DNA from: a virus
Lineage: Duplodnaviria; Caudoviricetes
Strand: one strand, 5' to 3'
Virus record (IMG/VR): IMGVR_UViG_3300005077_000088
Span: 1-32,953 of that record
Length of the DNA stretch: 32,953 nt
Position 1 is the first letter of the stretch; each line of letters starts with the position of its first letter. The notes beneath the pieces were generated by a model that was given only the letters and a program-made list of their open reading frames with translations, was not told the DNA's origin and did not search any database. The position numbers and the translations under genes are program-made. Shown one piece after another: positions 9,385 through 17,476 of this stretch.

Positions 9385-11384
9385 TGATCCGCTCCTTGTA
9401 CAAAATCTTTAATCACGATATGTTTGAACTGCGAGTTCGGTTTTTTAGATAAGAAATCTTTTTTTAGCACGTAACGGAAAGCATGACGCACAGCATCCAG
9501 GATAAGGCCGCGGTCAATAACCAGAGTATCATTGCTTAAAATCTGCTCCGCGATAGTGACCAGACCGATCAGCGTCTGGATGTTTTCCGCACTCAATCCG
9601 GCGTCATTGAGCAGAACCTGGGACAGAATGCTGATGAGCTCTGCTCCGGATCCGGCGTCTTCCATGGCGAGCATAGCCTGCAGCGAGCTGATGGTATCCG
9701 AACCCATTCCGGCTTCGGTAATCACTTTCAGCGCTTCGGCCAGTAATTGAACCAGGTCAGCGCCCGCGCCGCCGTCCGCGATCGTCAGTCCGCATTCAAC
9801 GCCCGGTATTCCATCTGCGCCTGTACCGCTTTCCGCAATCCCCAGTCCGCAATCCACATTCAGAGATTCGTCCGATCCGGAAGCCTGTTCCAGGATGGCA
9901 ATCAGCGCCGTCATCAGGACCTGGATCAGATCCGCGCCGGTTCCGTTTTCTGCGATCGTCAGGCCACACGCTACATTCAGTAATAAGTCTGCGCCGGTGC
10001 CGCTTTCCGAAATCCCCAGTCCGCATTCCACATTCAGCAACTCATCCCCACCGGTGGCTTCATCCAGCACAGATTTGAATGCCTGGATCAGCAGTTCGAT
10101 GATATCATTTCCGGAAGCGTTGTCTGTAATAAGGGCCAGTGTTGTTAAATAGGCGATGGTGTCGTTTATGGCTCCGGTATCTGCAATTCCAAATCCGCAG
10201 CCAATATTCAGCGATCCGTCATCGCCTTGCACAGATTCATCCATGAGCAGAGCGACCAGGGCTCCTAAAATTTCTGCTGCTGCGGCTGTCTCTGCCAAAG
10301 AAATCTGCGCCTGCAGAGAGCCTAATAAATCATTTCCCGATCCTGTTTCCGCAATCCCCAACCCGCAAGCCAAATTCTGTAATCCATCTGCGCCGGATCC
10401 GTTTTCGCTTAAAGCCAGGGATGCCAGTAATCCGGATAATGCATCCGCTCCGGAGCCGCTTTCGGTTACGGTTTTGGTAACGGCTGCAGAAACATACTCA
10501 TCCGCCCCGATATCCCAGGTGGAACGGGTTTGCCCGTCGATATCATCAGTAAAGTAAGAACTCAGACTGGTGCCGTCATCAATAGCCGCCGAATCCGTGG
10601 AAGCCAGATGATAGTTTTTATTAGCCGCGTCATGAAAAGTCAGGCTGACGCCATTCTGCGAGTGCGATCCCGGGGCGTCGCTGGCAATGCTGGAGAGATT
10701 ATAATCGGAATCGGCATGAAAAGCCCCGTTAAATCCGTCATCACCTCCCTGGGTGATGTTATTGATGGCCACCACAATATTGGACGCGGAATAGATGCCG
10801 ACTTTGCAGCCGACCAGGGTATTGTTATAAACTTTTGGAACCTGGTAAATACCGTAATTTCGTGCGGATTCAGCTGAGGAAATGCCGTAAATAATGTTAT
10901 TGTAAGCTTGTACGCTCGAATAGTACAGTGAACCGCAGTAGATACCGCTGCCGCGTCCGTAGTTACCCGATAAGTAACGGTCATGGATCAGGCACTTCCG
11001 GATGATAGCCATCACATTTGCGGTAATAGAAACAGCGTGATAAGCTGTGTAAACATCATTACTGCCCCAGTTGCGCAGTTCAAGCCCTTCAATGATGGCA
11101 GCATTGCTGATCGTAATAATGCTGGTCGTGCTGGTGAGTTCGATCCCGGATCCCGGGACGCCGTTGTGCCAGTAACCGGCTGCCGGAGCGATCCACCAGT
11201 AATGCGTGGCGTCGGTTGTGGCGCCCGTCAGGTTTACTGCGCCGTTAAAAACGCCGTCATCATACACCTCGGCTTTATGGATCACGTCCAGGGAAACAAA
11301 GTTCCCTGCCTTAGCTGTAATCCAGGCCGCGAGAGTTGCATAATCCCGTCCGGTGCCGATAGATGATATGATGACTGTTGCCAT
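9378..11384 (-). CDS. Fibre/adhesin: beta-helix-like N-terminal domain plus ~17 repeats of 18-20 aa (668 aa)
   Basis: IGTGRDYATLAAW start, YNNIIYG/YNNTLVG beta-helix motifs, YHL...AID.G...DIDG..R..WDIGADEY cap, then [AS]E.G.GAD..LN..CGL.I repeats. Confidence 0.7.
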   Translation of the reverse strand: MATVIISSIGTGRDYATLAAWITAKAGNFVSLDVIHKAEVYDDGVFNGAVNLTGATTDATHYWWIAPAAGYWHNGVPGSGIELTSTTSIITISNAAIIEGLELRNWGSNDVYTAYHAVSITANVMAIIRKCLIHDRYLSGNYGRGSGIYCGSLYYSSVQAYNNIIYGISSAESARNYGIYQVPKVYNNTLVGCKVGIYSASNIVVAINNITQGGDDGFNGAFHADSDYNLSSIASDAPGSHSQNGVSLTFHDAANKNYHLASTDSAAIDDGTSLSSYFTDDIDGQTRSTWDIGADEYVSAAVTKTVTESGSGADALSGLLASLALSENGSGADGLQNLACGLGIAETGSGNDLLGSLQAQISLAETAAAAEILGALVALLMDESVQGDDGSLNIGCGFGIADTGAINDTIAYLTTLALITDNASGNDIIELLIQAFKSVLDEATGGDELLNVECGLGISESGTGADLLLNVACGLTIAENGTGADLIQVLMTALIAILEQASGSDESLNVDCGLGIAESGTGADGIPGVECGLTIADGGAGADLVQLLAEALKVITEAGMGSDTISSLQAMLAMEDAGSGAELISILSQVLLNDAGLSAENIQTLIGLVTIAEQILSNDTLVIDRGLILDAVRHAFRYVLKKDFLSKKPNSQFKHIVIKDFVQGADQC

Positions 11385-11388
11385 AGCT

Positions 11389-11426
11389 TGTTTCGAATCC
11401 GCTTTAGCGGGGAAGGAATCCCCTCG
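11389..11426. repeat. REP-like palindrome, degenerate family B copy
   Basis: TTTCGAATCCGCTTTAGCGGGGAAGGAATCCCCT: inner hairpin and the GAATCCCCT end shared with other copies. Confidence 0.5.
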
Positions 11427-11499
11427 TTTTTTTTATCATGAAAGGCCCGATTTTTATTTCCGGCCTCGGGCCCACGGCCTTTCTTTTGGGTGGATTTGC

Positions 11500-11919
11500 T
11501 TACGTCTTCTTTTCCCCGGGCAGTAATCCTATTAGTTTGAGTATAACCCGGATAAAATCCCAGTCGAACAGGCCATTCGCGATCAGGCCGGCAGCCAGGG
11601 CATAAACCAGGCCAACGTACCAGGTCACTCCAATAAAGATTCCTATTTGTAAAACATATCCGACTGCACTTAACAAAACTGCGATTAACCAGGATAGGTA
11701 CTGCGCCCACTGGCCATTTATATTGACCGCTTTCCTGACGATTTGCGTCACCAAAACAATTCCACCGGCCAGATATGGAATTGAAAGAAACATCGAGAAG
11801 AAATCAGGATCTTCACCGGGTGGACCTGTATCCTGTGATAATGCCGGCGCGATAGCCAGGAACAAAATCAGAATCAGGATAAAATGAAACATTATCGGGA
11901 CGCGCATAAGACCGCGCAT
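11500..11919 (-). CDS. Membrane protein, holin-like (signal/TM plus ~3 TM helices)
   Basis: Hydrophobic N-terminus ending ALS-QD, then three hydrophobic helices; GLIANGLFD motif seen in phage holin-like proteins. Confidence 0.55.
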   Translation of the reverse strand: MRGLMRVPIMFHFILILILFLAIAPALSQDTGPPGEDPDFFSMFLSIPYLAGGIVLVTQIVRKAVNINGQWAQYLSWLIAVLLSAVGYVLQIGIFIGVTWYVGLVYALAAGLIANGLFDWDFIRVILKLIGLLPGEKKT

Positions 11920-11997
11920 ATGGAACTCCTTTCTGTTAGTGCCTTTTTATGGTTCCCACGCTTCGTCCTGAGCATTCGTGATCAGGGCAAGACTTTC

Positions 11998-12273
11998 CTA
12001 ATTTTTGTTTTCAATCCAGAAATTACCGGTGTATTGGTTGGGCTTTGACCTCTTCGCTCTCTCCATGCCGCACAAAGTCCAGGCTTCGTCCTCCGTATCT
12101 GCCTCAACCTTAATCACAAATTTTTCCGGAACTTTCTGCGCATTTTCCTCGAAAAATTCAAAACAAAAAAGACGCCCCGCGGAGGCGGGCGGGACGTCCT
12201 TTGGCTGCTCTTTTTCGGCGGTTGGGGCAGGTATATGTGGATTTGTTTTTTTAGACATTTTCGTATTCTCCAA
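11998..12273 (-). CDS. Hypothetical protein downstream of the capsid gene
   Basis: ORF in operon orientation; the true start may be MSKK. Confidence 0.55.
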   Translation of the reverse strand: MENTKMSKKTNPHIPAPTAEKEQPKDVPPASAGRLFCFEFFEENAQKVPEKFVIKVEADTEDEAWTLCGMERAKRSKPNQYTGNFWIENKN

Positions 12274-12328
12274 ACCTTATCCCTTTGCCCCTTCCCCTGT
12301 TAACAGGGCAAGGGGTTGTGGTTAGGGT
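12272..12328. repeat. REP-like palindrome, family A copy 3
   Basis: CCCCTT.CCCTGT-TA-ACAGGG.AAGGGG hairpin just after the capsid stop codon. Confidence 0.7.
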
Positions 12329-12333
12329 ATTTA

Positions 12334-13290
12334 TTACAACCGGATTCTGCTCAGGCGGCGCACAGCGTCCGTACGTTCCACCGTCAGATTCAGGAAAAAC
12401 TGCAGGCGGCTGATCCCGCGCGGACCTACTTCGCTTTCGTCGAAATCGGTAAAGTAAAAGCCGCTGTTGGTGGAGAAGCAGGCGCCCAGGTCTTCCGCGA
12501 AACGCGCAACAAACATCGAGCAGCAGTCACTATTCGTGCCGTCACTCTCAGTCTGGGGGAGAGCGGTCGTCGGAACTTTGATAATGGGCAGGCCGTCAAA
12601 AGTCTGGATCGCGGTTCCGAAGCTGTTACGGGTTTCGCCGGCTGCGCCGATATTGCGGGCGACCGTGGAAAGCCGCGCCCCGAGGTTGGTATTCACGATC
12701 AGGGCATTCGCGCCGGGAACCTTGGCGATTTCCTTTTCCAGCATTTCCACGAATGTTTTTTCATTAGCGCTGGTTATCTGCAAACTGATCTGTGTATTCA
12801 TGGCTGCCAGTTCGGCCGTGGTAAAACCGAGACGTGCTGTCTGACCGGCAGCTGCCGCATCCAGAATAAACGTTGCAAAACCAAGCATACGGTTGGATGC
12901 GTCGATACCTTGCAGAAGTTCATCCTGGACTTCAATAGCCAGTTTCCCGCCAAGGCCGTTTACGCGGCGGTCGGCAAACAGGCGTAAACCAGCCGGAGCA
13001 ATCCCTACATTGGCGTCTAATTTGCGCACGTCGTCAATGGAAATTTCCCGGCCGTAAAGCGCCAGGTTACGGCTGTTAACGGTCGGTACCTGCGCATCGC
13101 GCTGCAGGGTGGCTCCCTCGGCGCGGGCGGCTGATCCGGCAAATGAATCCTTATCTGCAACCACCATATGCGTGGAAGCATCCAGTTTAAATTCCGCAAA
13201 CTGCAGCAACGGCGCCACAGTAAGCATATTGGACAGCAGGCCTGCGCCGCGTCCGGATAATCTCGAAATCTGGGCAATATTCATTTTCAA
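12334..13290 (-). CDS. Major capsid protein (318 aa)
   Basis: Size, position after the scaffold, RAEG and GFATF motifs, C-terminal AVRRLSRI typical of HK97-fold capsids; strong GAGGAG RBS. Confidence 0.8.
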   Translation of the reverse strand: MKMNIAQISRLSGRGAGLLSNMLTVAPLLQFAEFKLDASTHMVVADKDSFAGSAARAEGATLQRDAQVPTVNSRNLALYGREISIDDVRKLDANVGIAPAGLRLFADRRVNGLGGKLAIEVQDELLQGIDASNRMLGFATFILDAAAAGQTARLGFTTAELAAMNTQISLQITSANEKTFVEMLEKEIAKVPGANALIVNTNLGARLSTVARNIGAAGETRNSFGTAIQTFDGLPIIKVPTTALPQTESDGTNSDCCSMFVARFAEDLGACFSTNSGFYFTDFDESEVGPRGISRLQFFLNLTVERTDAVRRLSRIRL

Positions 13291-13330
13291 CTCCTCTTAA
13301 AACGGTTTATTATTTTGTATTTTGTATTTT

Positions 13331-13879
13331 TTATTCCTTTATCCCTGCAAACTCCTTCACCTTTGCCAGAATCGGACTGCCGGTATCCAGCGGACTTTTA
13401 ATAACCGGTTCATCCTTTTTCTGTTGGTTGTTTTTGTCATCCGCCTTAAAATGAGGATCCGGCTTCATATCCTTTATCAGGATTTCGTAAGCCGCAAAAT
13501 CCGCCCCGGCCAGTTTGCTCATTGCCTCACGTTTGGCTTCAGGAAACAACCCCTGTTTTATGGCGTTATCAACGGCTTCTTTAACCTTCTTTTCCTGCTC
13601 CGCCTTCACCTGCGCCTGTTGTGTGCTGATAATCTTCTCACGGTCTTCGCGCTCTTTGGTCAGCGTAGCCATTAATGCTTTATTCTGCTCGGTCAGCGCA
13701 GCCACTTGTCCCTGCATGGCGTCCATTACACCCTTGAGTTCCGGAGCCAGTTTCGAGGTATCCACCACCGGCGGTTTAGGATCTTCAATAATTTCACTGA
13801 GCTTTGAATCCAGCTCTTTGGCCTTTTCATCATTCCACAATCCCAGGGCCTTAAGTAAAGCAATCAATTTCTCTTTCAC
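13331..13879 (-). CDS. Capsid scaffolding protein (182 aa)
   Basis: Lys/Glu coiled coil; VDNAIKQGLFPEAKRE resembles the Mu gpI/Z scaffold region; GTG start with GGAGG RBS. Confidence 0.7.
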   Translation of the reverse strand: MKEKLIALLKALGLWNDEKAKELDSKLSEIIEDPKPPVVDTSKLAPELKGVMDAMQGQVAALTEQNKALMATLTKEREDREKIISTQQAQVKAEQEKKVKEAVDNAIKQGLFPEAKREAMSKLAGADFAAYEILIKDMKPDPHFKADDKNNQQKKDEPVIKSPLDTGSPILAKVKEFAGIKE

Positions 13880-13886
13880 GTATCCT

Positions 13887-13918
13887 CCATTCCGAGCGCA
13901 GTCGAGGAATCCCCCTGT
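13887..13918. repeat. REP-like palindrome, family B copy
   Basis: CATTCCGAGCGCAGTCGAGGAATCCCCCTGT. Confidence 0.65.
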
Positions 13919-13949
13919 TGCGCATCATGTTTTTTGCATTTCCTACGCC

Positions 13950-14045
13950 AAATTTATCACCTTATATTATTATTTTCTTTACGCATAGCCCATGCGCAAT
14001 TTTTTTTGTTTAACATAATCCTATATTTCAAAGGTGATAAAAGAT
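13950..14045. promoter_or_regulatory. Divergent late control region with 11-bp inverted repeat
   Basis: AT-rich gap between divergent structural operons; TTTATCACCTT (13953-13963) / AAGGTGATAAA (14031-14041). Confidence 0.55.
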
Positions 14046-14053
14046 TTTATTGT

Positions 14054-14108
14054 TACCCCATGCCATTCCCTTCCCCTATGGGTAGGGGAAGGGGCAGGGG
14101 TTAGGGTT
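14054..14108. repeat. REP-like palindrome, family A copy 4
   Basis: CCCTTCCCCTA-TGGG-TAGGGGAAGGG hairpin followed by GCAGGGGTTAGGGT. Confidence 0.75.
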
Positions 14109-14132
14109 ATTTATAATTTGTGAAAGGTCTCT

Positions 14133-14516
14133 ATGCCGTTTGCAGATCTTGAAGCCATTCAGCCGTTTCTGCCCAAGGATCACTTCCTGCTTTCGGAACA
14201 GGATCCGCAGGGCATGACCGAAGCCTTTGCTCAGGCCGATGCCGTTATCGTCGGTTTTACTGCAGCCGAAGCGCCGGAAAGAGCCGCCGATGCTGATCCG
14301 TTATTACGGCATATTGCTGCCAAGCTCGCCGTGCATTTTTTATTAAACCAGAAGCCGGTGGCCAATGAGAACGAGTTAAACTACCGTAAAACACTTTATA
14401 CTGAAGCCATGGATATGCTGGAGGCTATTGCCGGCGGACGCATTACACCGGGCGGATCAACTAAGCCCACTCTGCAAATCCTCTCGGCTGAAAAGCGCCA
14501 TACGGAGATGCCATGA
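14133..14516 (+). CDS. Mu gp36-like (DUF1320) head-tail adaptor
   Basis: AFAQADAVI...LLRHIAAKLAVHFL...YTEAMDMLEAIAGG pattern of the gp36 family. Confidence 0.75.
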   Translation: MPFADLEAIQPFLPKDHFLLSEQDPQGMTEAFAQADAVIVGFTAAEAPERAADADPLLRHIAAKLAVHFLLNQKPVANENELNYRKTLYTEAMDMLEAIAGGRITPGGSTKPTLQILSAEKRHTEMP

Positions 14517-14941
14517 TATCGCCCTCCCTGGTTATTGCCGATGTGATCAGCCGCCTGGAAGACAGCCGCGCCGCCTTAAAAATTACCGGTGTTGAGGAAA
14601 TCAACGAAGACTTTACCAGTAACCTCCGGCCGCCTTACGTTACGGTCCACGCCGATTTCGAAAATGAGGCTGAACAGCTATCCAGCGCCTCGCAGCTCAT
14701 CGAAATCCCGGTGGAAATAAAACTTGTCATATTTACAGCCGGGCACCGCAACCAGTCCGACGCATTCAACCAGGCTTTTCAAATTGCCGCCGGTGCGCTT
14801 AATACGGCCTGTGGAATTTATGAGATATCCGGCGAGACGATCCGCGTCATGCCGCGGCCAAAGCCTTTCGAAATCTGGGCCAAGAAAAAAGATAGTTCGG
14901 TGATCATGGTCAGCTTGTTCTATCTCAACAGGATCCTGTGA
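14513..14941 (+). CDS. Mu gp37-like tail completion/terminator protein
   Basis: Overlaps the gp36-like gene (ATGA); IADVISRLE...PPYVTV pattern. Confidence 0.55.
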   Translation: MISPSLVIADVISRLEDSRAALKITGVEEINEDFTSNLRPPYVTVHADFENEAEQLSSASQLIEIPVEIKLVIFTAGHRNQSDAFNQAFQIAAGALNTACGIYEISGETIRVMPRPKPFEIWAKKKDSSVIMVSLFYLNRIL

Positions 14942-14983
14942 TTGAGGTTTGTGATTTGAAATTTGTAATTTGTGATTTGTGAG
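14942..14983. repeat. Six tandem heptamers, consensus TTGTGAT
   Basis: TTGAGGT TTGTGAT TTGAAAT TTGTAAT TTGTGAT TTGTGAG. Confidence 0.85.
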
Positions 14984-14991
14984 TTATCGTT

Positions 14992-15528
14992 ATGCCTAAA
15001 GCCCTTAAGACATCATTTCATAAACGCCGTGTGATCATGGAACTGCATAATGAAGGCAAAACAACGCCGGAAATTATGCAGATTACCGGCTGCACTTACT
15101 TCCAGGTGTACAACGTGATCCGCCACCGCGTTAAAAAAACACCCGCGGACGATATTCCCCGGCAGGAACGTGATCTGTATGAAACGCCTCAAAGCGATGA
15201 TGAGGACGATGAAGATACTGATGACACCGCGGTCGATATCTCGCAGTTCGAAAATCCCGAAGCTTTTTTTGAGCATCAGATTGCCCTGGTGCTCACCCAG
15301 CTTAACCGTTTACGTCTGGTTCCCGAAAAGCGCGTTAAACTGCTTAAGGATCTCATCATTCTGCAGAAAAATCTTAAGATCGCCCAGGTCGAAGCCTTTG
15401 CCAGGGAGCCTAACGCCATGCTCGTGGTTAACATTATGAAGCGCCTGGCGCCCAAATTAAGCGATGAGGAAATCATCCGCATCCTGGAGGAAGAGCGTGA
15501 AAAAATCGCCCTGTCCAAAAATAAATGA
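14992..15528 (+). CDS. HTH protein, putative terminase small subunit
   Basis: N-terminal HTH (GKTTPEIMQITGCTYFQVYNVI), acidic linker, helical C-terminus; lies upstream of the large terminase. Confidence 0.6.
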   Translation: MPKALKTSFHKRRVIMELHNEGKTTPEIMQITGCTYFQVYNVIRHRVKKTPADDIPRQERDLYETPQSDDEDDEDTDDTAVDISQFENPEAFFEHQIALVLTQLNRLRLVPEKRVKLLKDLIILQKNLKIAQVEAFAREPNAMLVVNIMKRLAPKLSDEEIIRILEEEREKIALSKNK

Positions 15529-15698
15529 TAAGCATGGTTTTTTATTTACCATTGCCGTTTATACGCTCAGATTTACGTTTTAAGAGAGCCGGATTTTCCC
15601 CGGCCAATACCATAAGATTTCCAGGATCGTCAAAATTGAACGAATTTAAACGGAAATTGAACGACTTTAGAAGGATACCGTTAAGTGTTAACGCATAG
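15525..15698 (+). CDS. Possible 57-aa basic ORF (not in the ORF track)
   Basis: ATGA overlap with the upstream stop; open to TAG at 15698; fills the gap before terL. Confidence 0.35.
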   Translation: MISMVFYLPLPFIRSDLRFKRAGFSPANTIRFPGSSKLNEFKRKLNDFRRIPLSVNA

Positions 15699-15702
15699 AA
15701 AT

Positions 15703-15737
15703 AACACTTAACGAACAACGAACAACTAACAACAGAT
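15703..15737. repeat. Tandem heptamers, consensus AACGAAC
   Basis: AACACTT AACGAAC AACGAAC AACTAAC AACAGAT; a similar array lies at 18701-18735. Confidence 0.75.
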
Positions 15738-15744
15738 ATTAGCT

Positions 15745-17397
15745 ATGGTAGAACGCCGAACCACAGACCGCCGTCAGAACTCCACCACCGATATTCTGAT
15801 CGGCCAGATCCATGAGGAATTAAAGCGCCGTCATTTAAAGGATCAGCAGGAAGAGCTGCGCCGCCAGATGCAGTCCGCTCCGCCCTTTACCGTGCACAAG
15901 TCCGGTGATGAGGAACGCGCCAAACGCATTAACCTGTGCAGTAACGATTTCTGGATCTTCGATAAAATTTACTTCCCCCGGGAGAACTATCAGGATTATG
16001 CCCCTCCCGGTAAATTCCATCATGATCTGATCGATCTGGCCGTTCTCCATGACAAAAAAGCCCATGTCGTGGCCGGGCCCAGGTCCCATGCAAAAACAGC
16101 CATGTACAAGAAAGCGCTGATCTGGCTTATTATTTTCGGCAAACGCCGCTACATGCAGATCGCCTCGGAAACCCTGATGACGCCCGTGGCCTTTATCCTG
16201 GATGTCATGGATTATGTCCATCTTAACGAGCGCTTAAACTTCGATTATAAAATTGATTTCGTGGAAGGCAGCCAGGAAAAACTCTTCGTCCGCACCGATC
16301 AGAATCCCAAAGGCACATTCCTGGATATCCTCTCGCAGGATCGTTCCGCCCGCGGCAAAAATCGCGGATTGTTTCTCCGTCCGGATTTTATCTTTATCAC
16401 GGATTTCGAAAACGAAACGTCCAGTCTTACCGAAAACTCGGTAACGCAACGGCTCGGACGGCTTAATGAAATGCGCACATCACTGGTGGATAAAGGCACC
16501 CTTATCTGGGAAGGCAATAACTTCTCCACCAAATGCGCCATGCACCAGCTTTTTAAAGAAGAAGAAGCCGGTATTTTATCGCCCAATATCATCATGCACA
16601 AATATAAAGCCTGGGACGAAACAAGGCCCCCAAAACAGCGCTCGCTTTGGCCGCAAAAATACCCGGCCGCATCCGAGTCCGGATTAAAAGAACAACTTAA
16701 GCCGCGCGATGCCAACGACTGGGCCGGAAACTTCCAGCAGGAACCGCGCGAAGCATCCGGAGATATCTTCCCCATGGCCAACTACCGTGAGGAGGATATC
16801 ACCAACGATATCCGCGCTGTCATTTACTGCGATCCAAACCTGGCGCTTAAAAGCAAAGGCGACACCACCGCCATAGCCTGCCTGGGTTTTTCCGTTACAC
16901 GTATGCGTTATTATATTACGGCCGCACGCTGCAGATCCTACTCCAATTCCAATGAACTGCTCATGGATCTGCTTAATATGTATAACGAGCAGAAACGCCG
17001 CGGCGTGCGCATTTTTACCCTGGGATTCGACGGCAACGTAAACCAGGAAAGCACCTGGACCAATAACCTGTATAATTTCTGCGCCTTGCACAAAACCCTT
17101 TTTCCGCATGTGGAATTTAAACGCTATCATGTGGACGATCTGGTTAAATCTCCCGAGCTGGATTGGAAGTCTGATAAATTCTGTTTCCCGGTCGGCTTCA
17201 GGCAGACTCAGGAAGGCAAGCGCTTTACCGACCAGGTGTTTGATTTTGCCGGTAAAAAAGCCAAAAAGAAGGATGATGCCCCGGACTGCCTGGTGAGTGC
17301 CTATGAACTTTTACACGAGTTTGGCGCTGTGGCCTTGTTGCGGCAATATCAGCGCGTCCAAAGCATTTCCAACAGAAATATTAATGAACGGTTTTAA
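15745..17397 (+). CDS. terL: Terminase large subunit (550 aa)
   Basis: Walker A-like GPRSHAKT, RG...RPDFIFITD Walker B region, nuclease motifs YCDPN..KGDTTA and DDAPD; precedes the portal. Confidence 0.9.
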   Translation: MVERRTTDRRQNSTTDILIGQIHEELKRRHLKDQQEELRRQMQSAPPFTVHKSGDEERAKRINLCSNDFWIFDKIYFPRENYQDYAPPGKFHHDLIDLAVLHDKKAHVVAGPRSHAKTAMYKKALIWLIIFGKRRYMQIASETLMTPVAFILDVMDYVHLNERLNFDYKIDFVEGSQEKLFVRTDQNPKGTFLDILSQDRSARGKNRGLFLRPDFIFITDFENETSSLTENSVTQRLGRLNEMRTSLVDKGTLIWEGNNFSTKCAMHQLFKEEEAGILSPNIIMHKYKAWDETRPPKQRSLWPQKYPAASESGLKEQLKPRDANDWAGNFQQEPREASGDIFPMANYREEDITNDIRAVIYCDPNLALKSKGDTTAIACLGFSVTRMRYYITAARCRSYSNSNELLMDLLNMYNEQKRRGVRIFTLGFDGNVNQESTWTNNLYNFCALHKTLFPHVEFKRYHVDDLVKSPELDWKSDKFCFPVGFRQTQEGKRFTDQVFDFAGKKAKKKDDAPDCLVSAYELLHEFGAVALLRQYQRVQSISNRNINERF

Positions 17398-17457
17398 CCA
17401 TCCCCGGCCCTCCCTGTGAGCAGGGAGGGTGTTCCGATTTATCGGAACGGGTGGGTA
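17397..17457. repeat. REP-like palindrome, family A copy 5
   Basis: CCCTCCCTG-TGAG-CAGGGAGGG followed by GTTCCGAT-TT-ATCGGAAC and GGGTGGGT. Confidence 0.8.
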
Positions 17458-17476
17458 TTTAACAAAAGGTTAAGAT

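Noticed and set aside
63-11384. Gin-type invertible tail-fibre cassette or contractile tail
   Set aside because: No serine invertase, opposed fibre genes, sheath or baseplate J-like gene seen.
246-13988. Numerous plus-strand ORFs (e.g. 5828..6406, 12316..12987)
   Set aside because: Antisense shadows of well-supported minus-strand structural genes, with no motifs.
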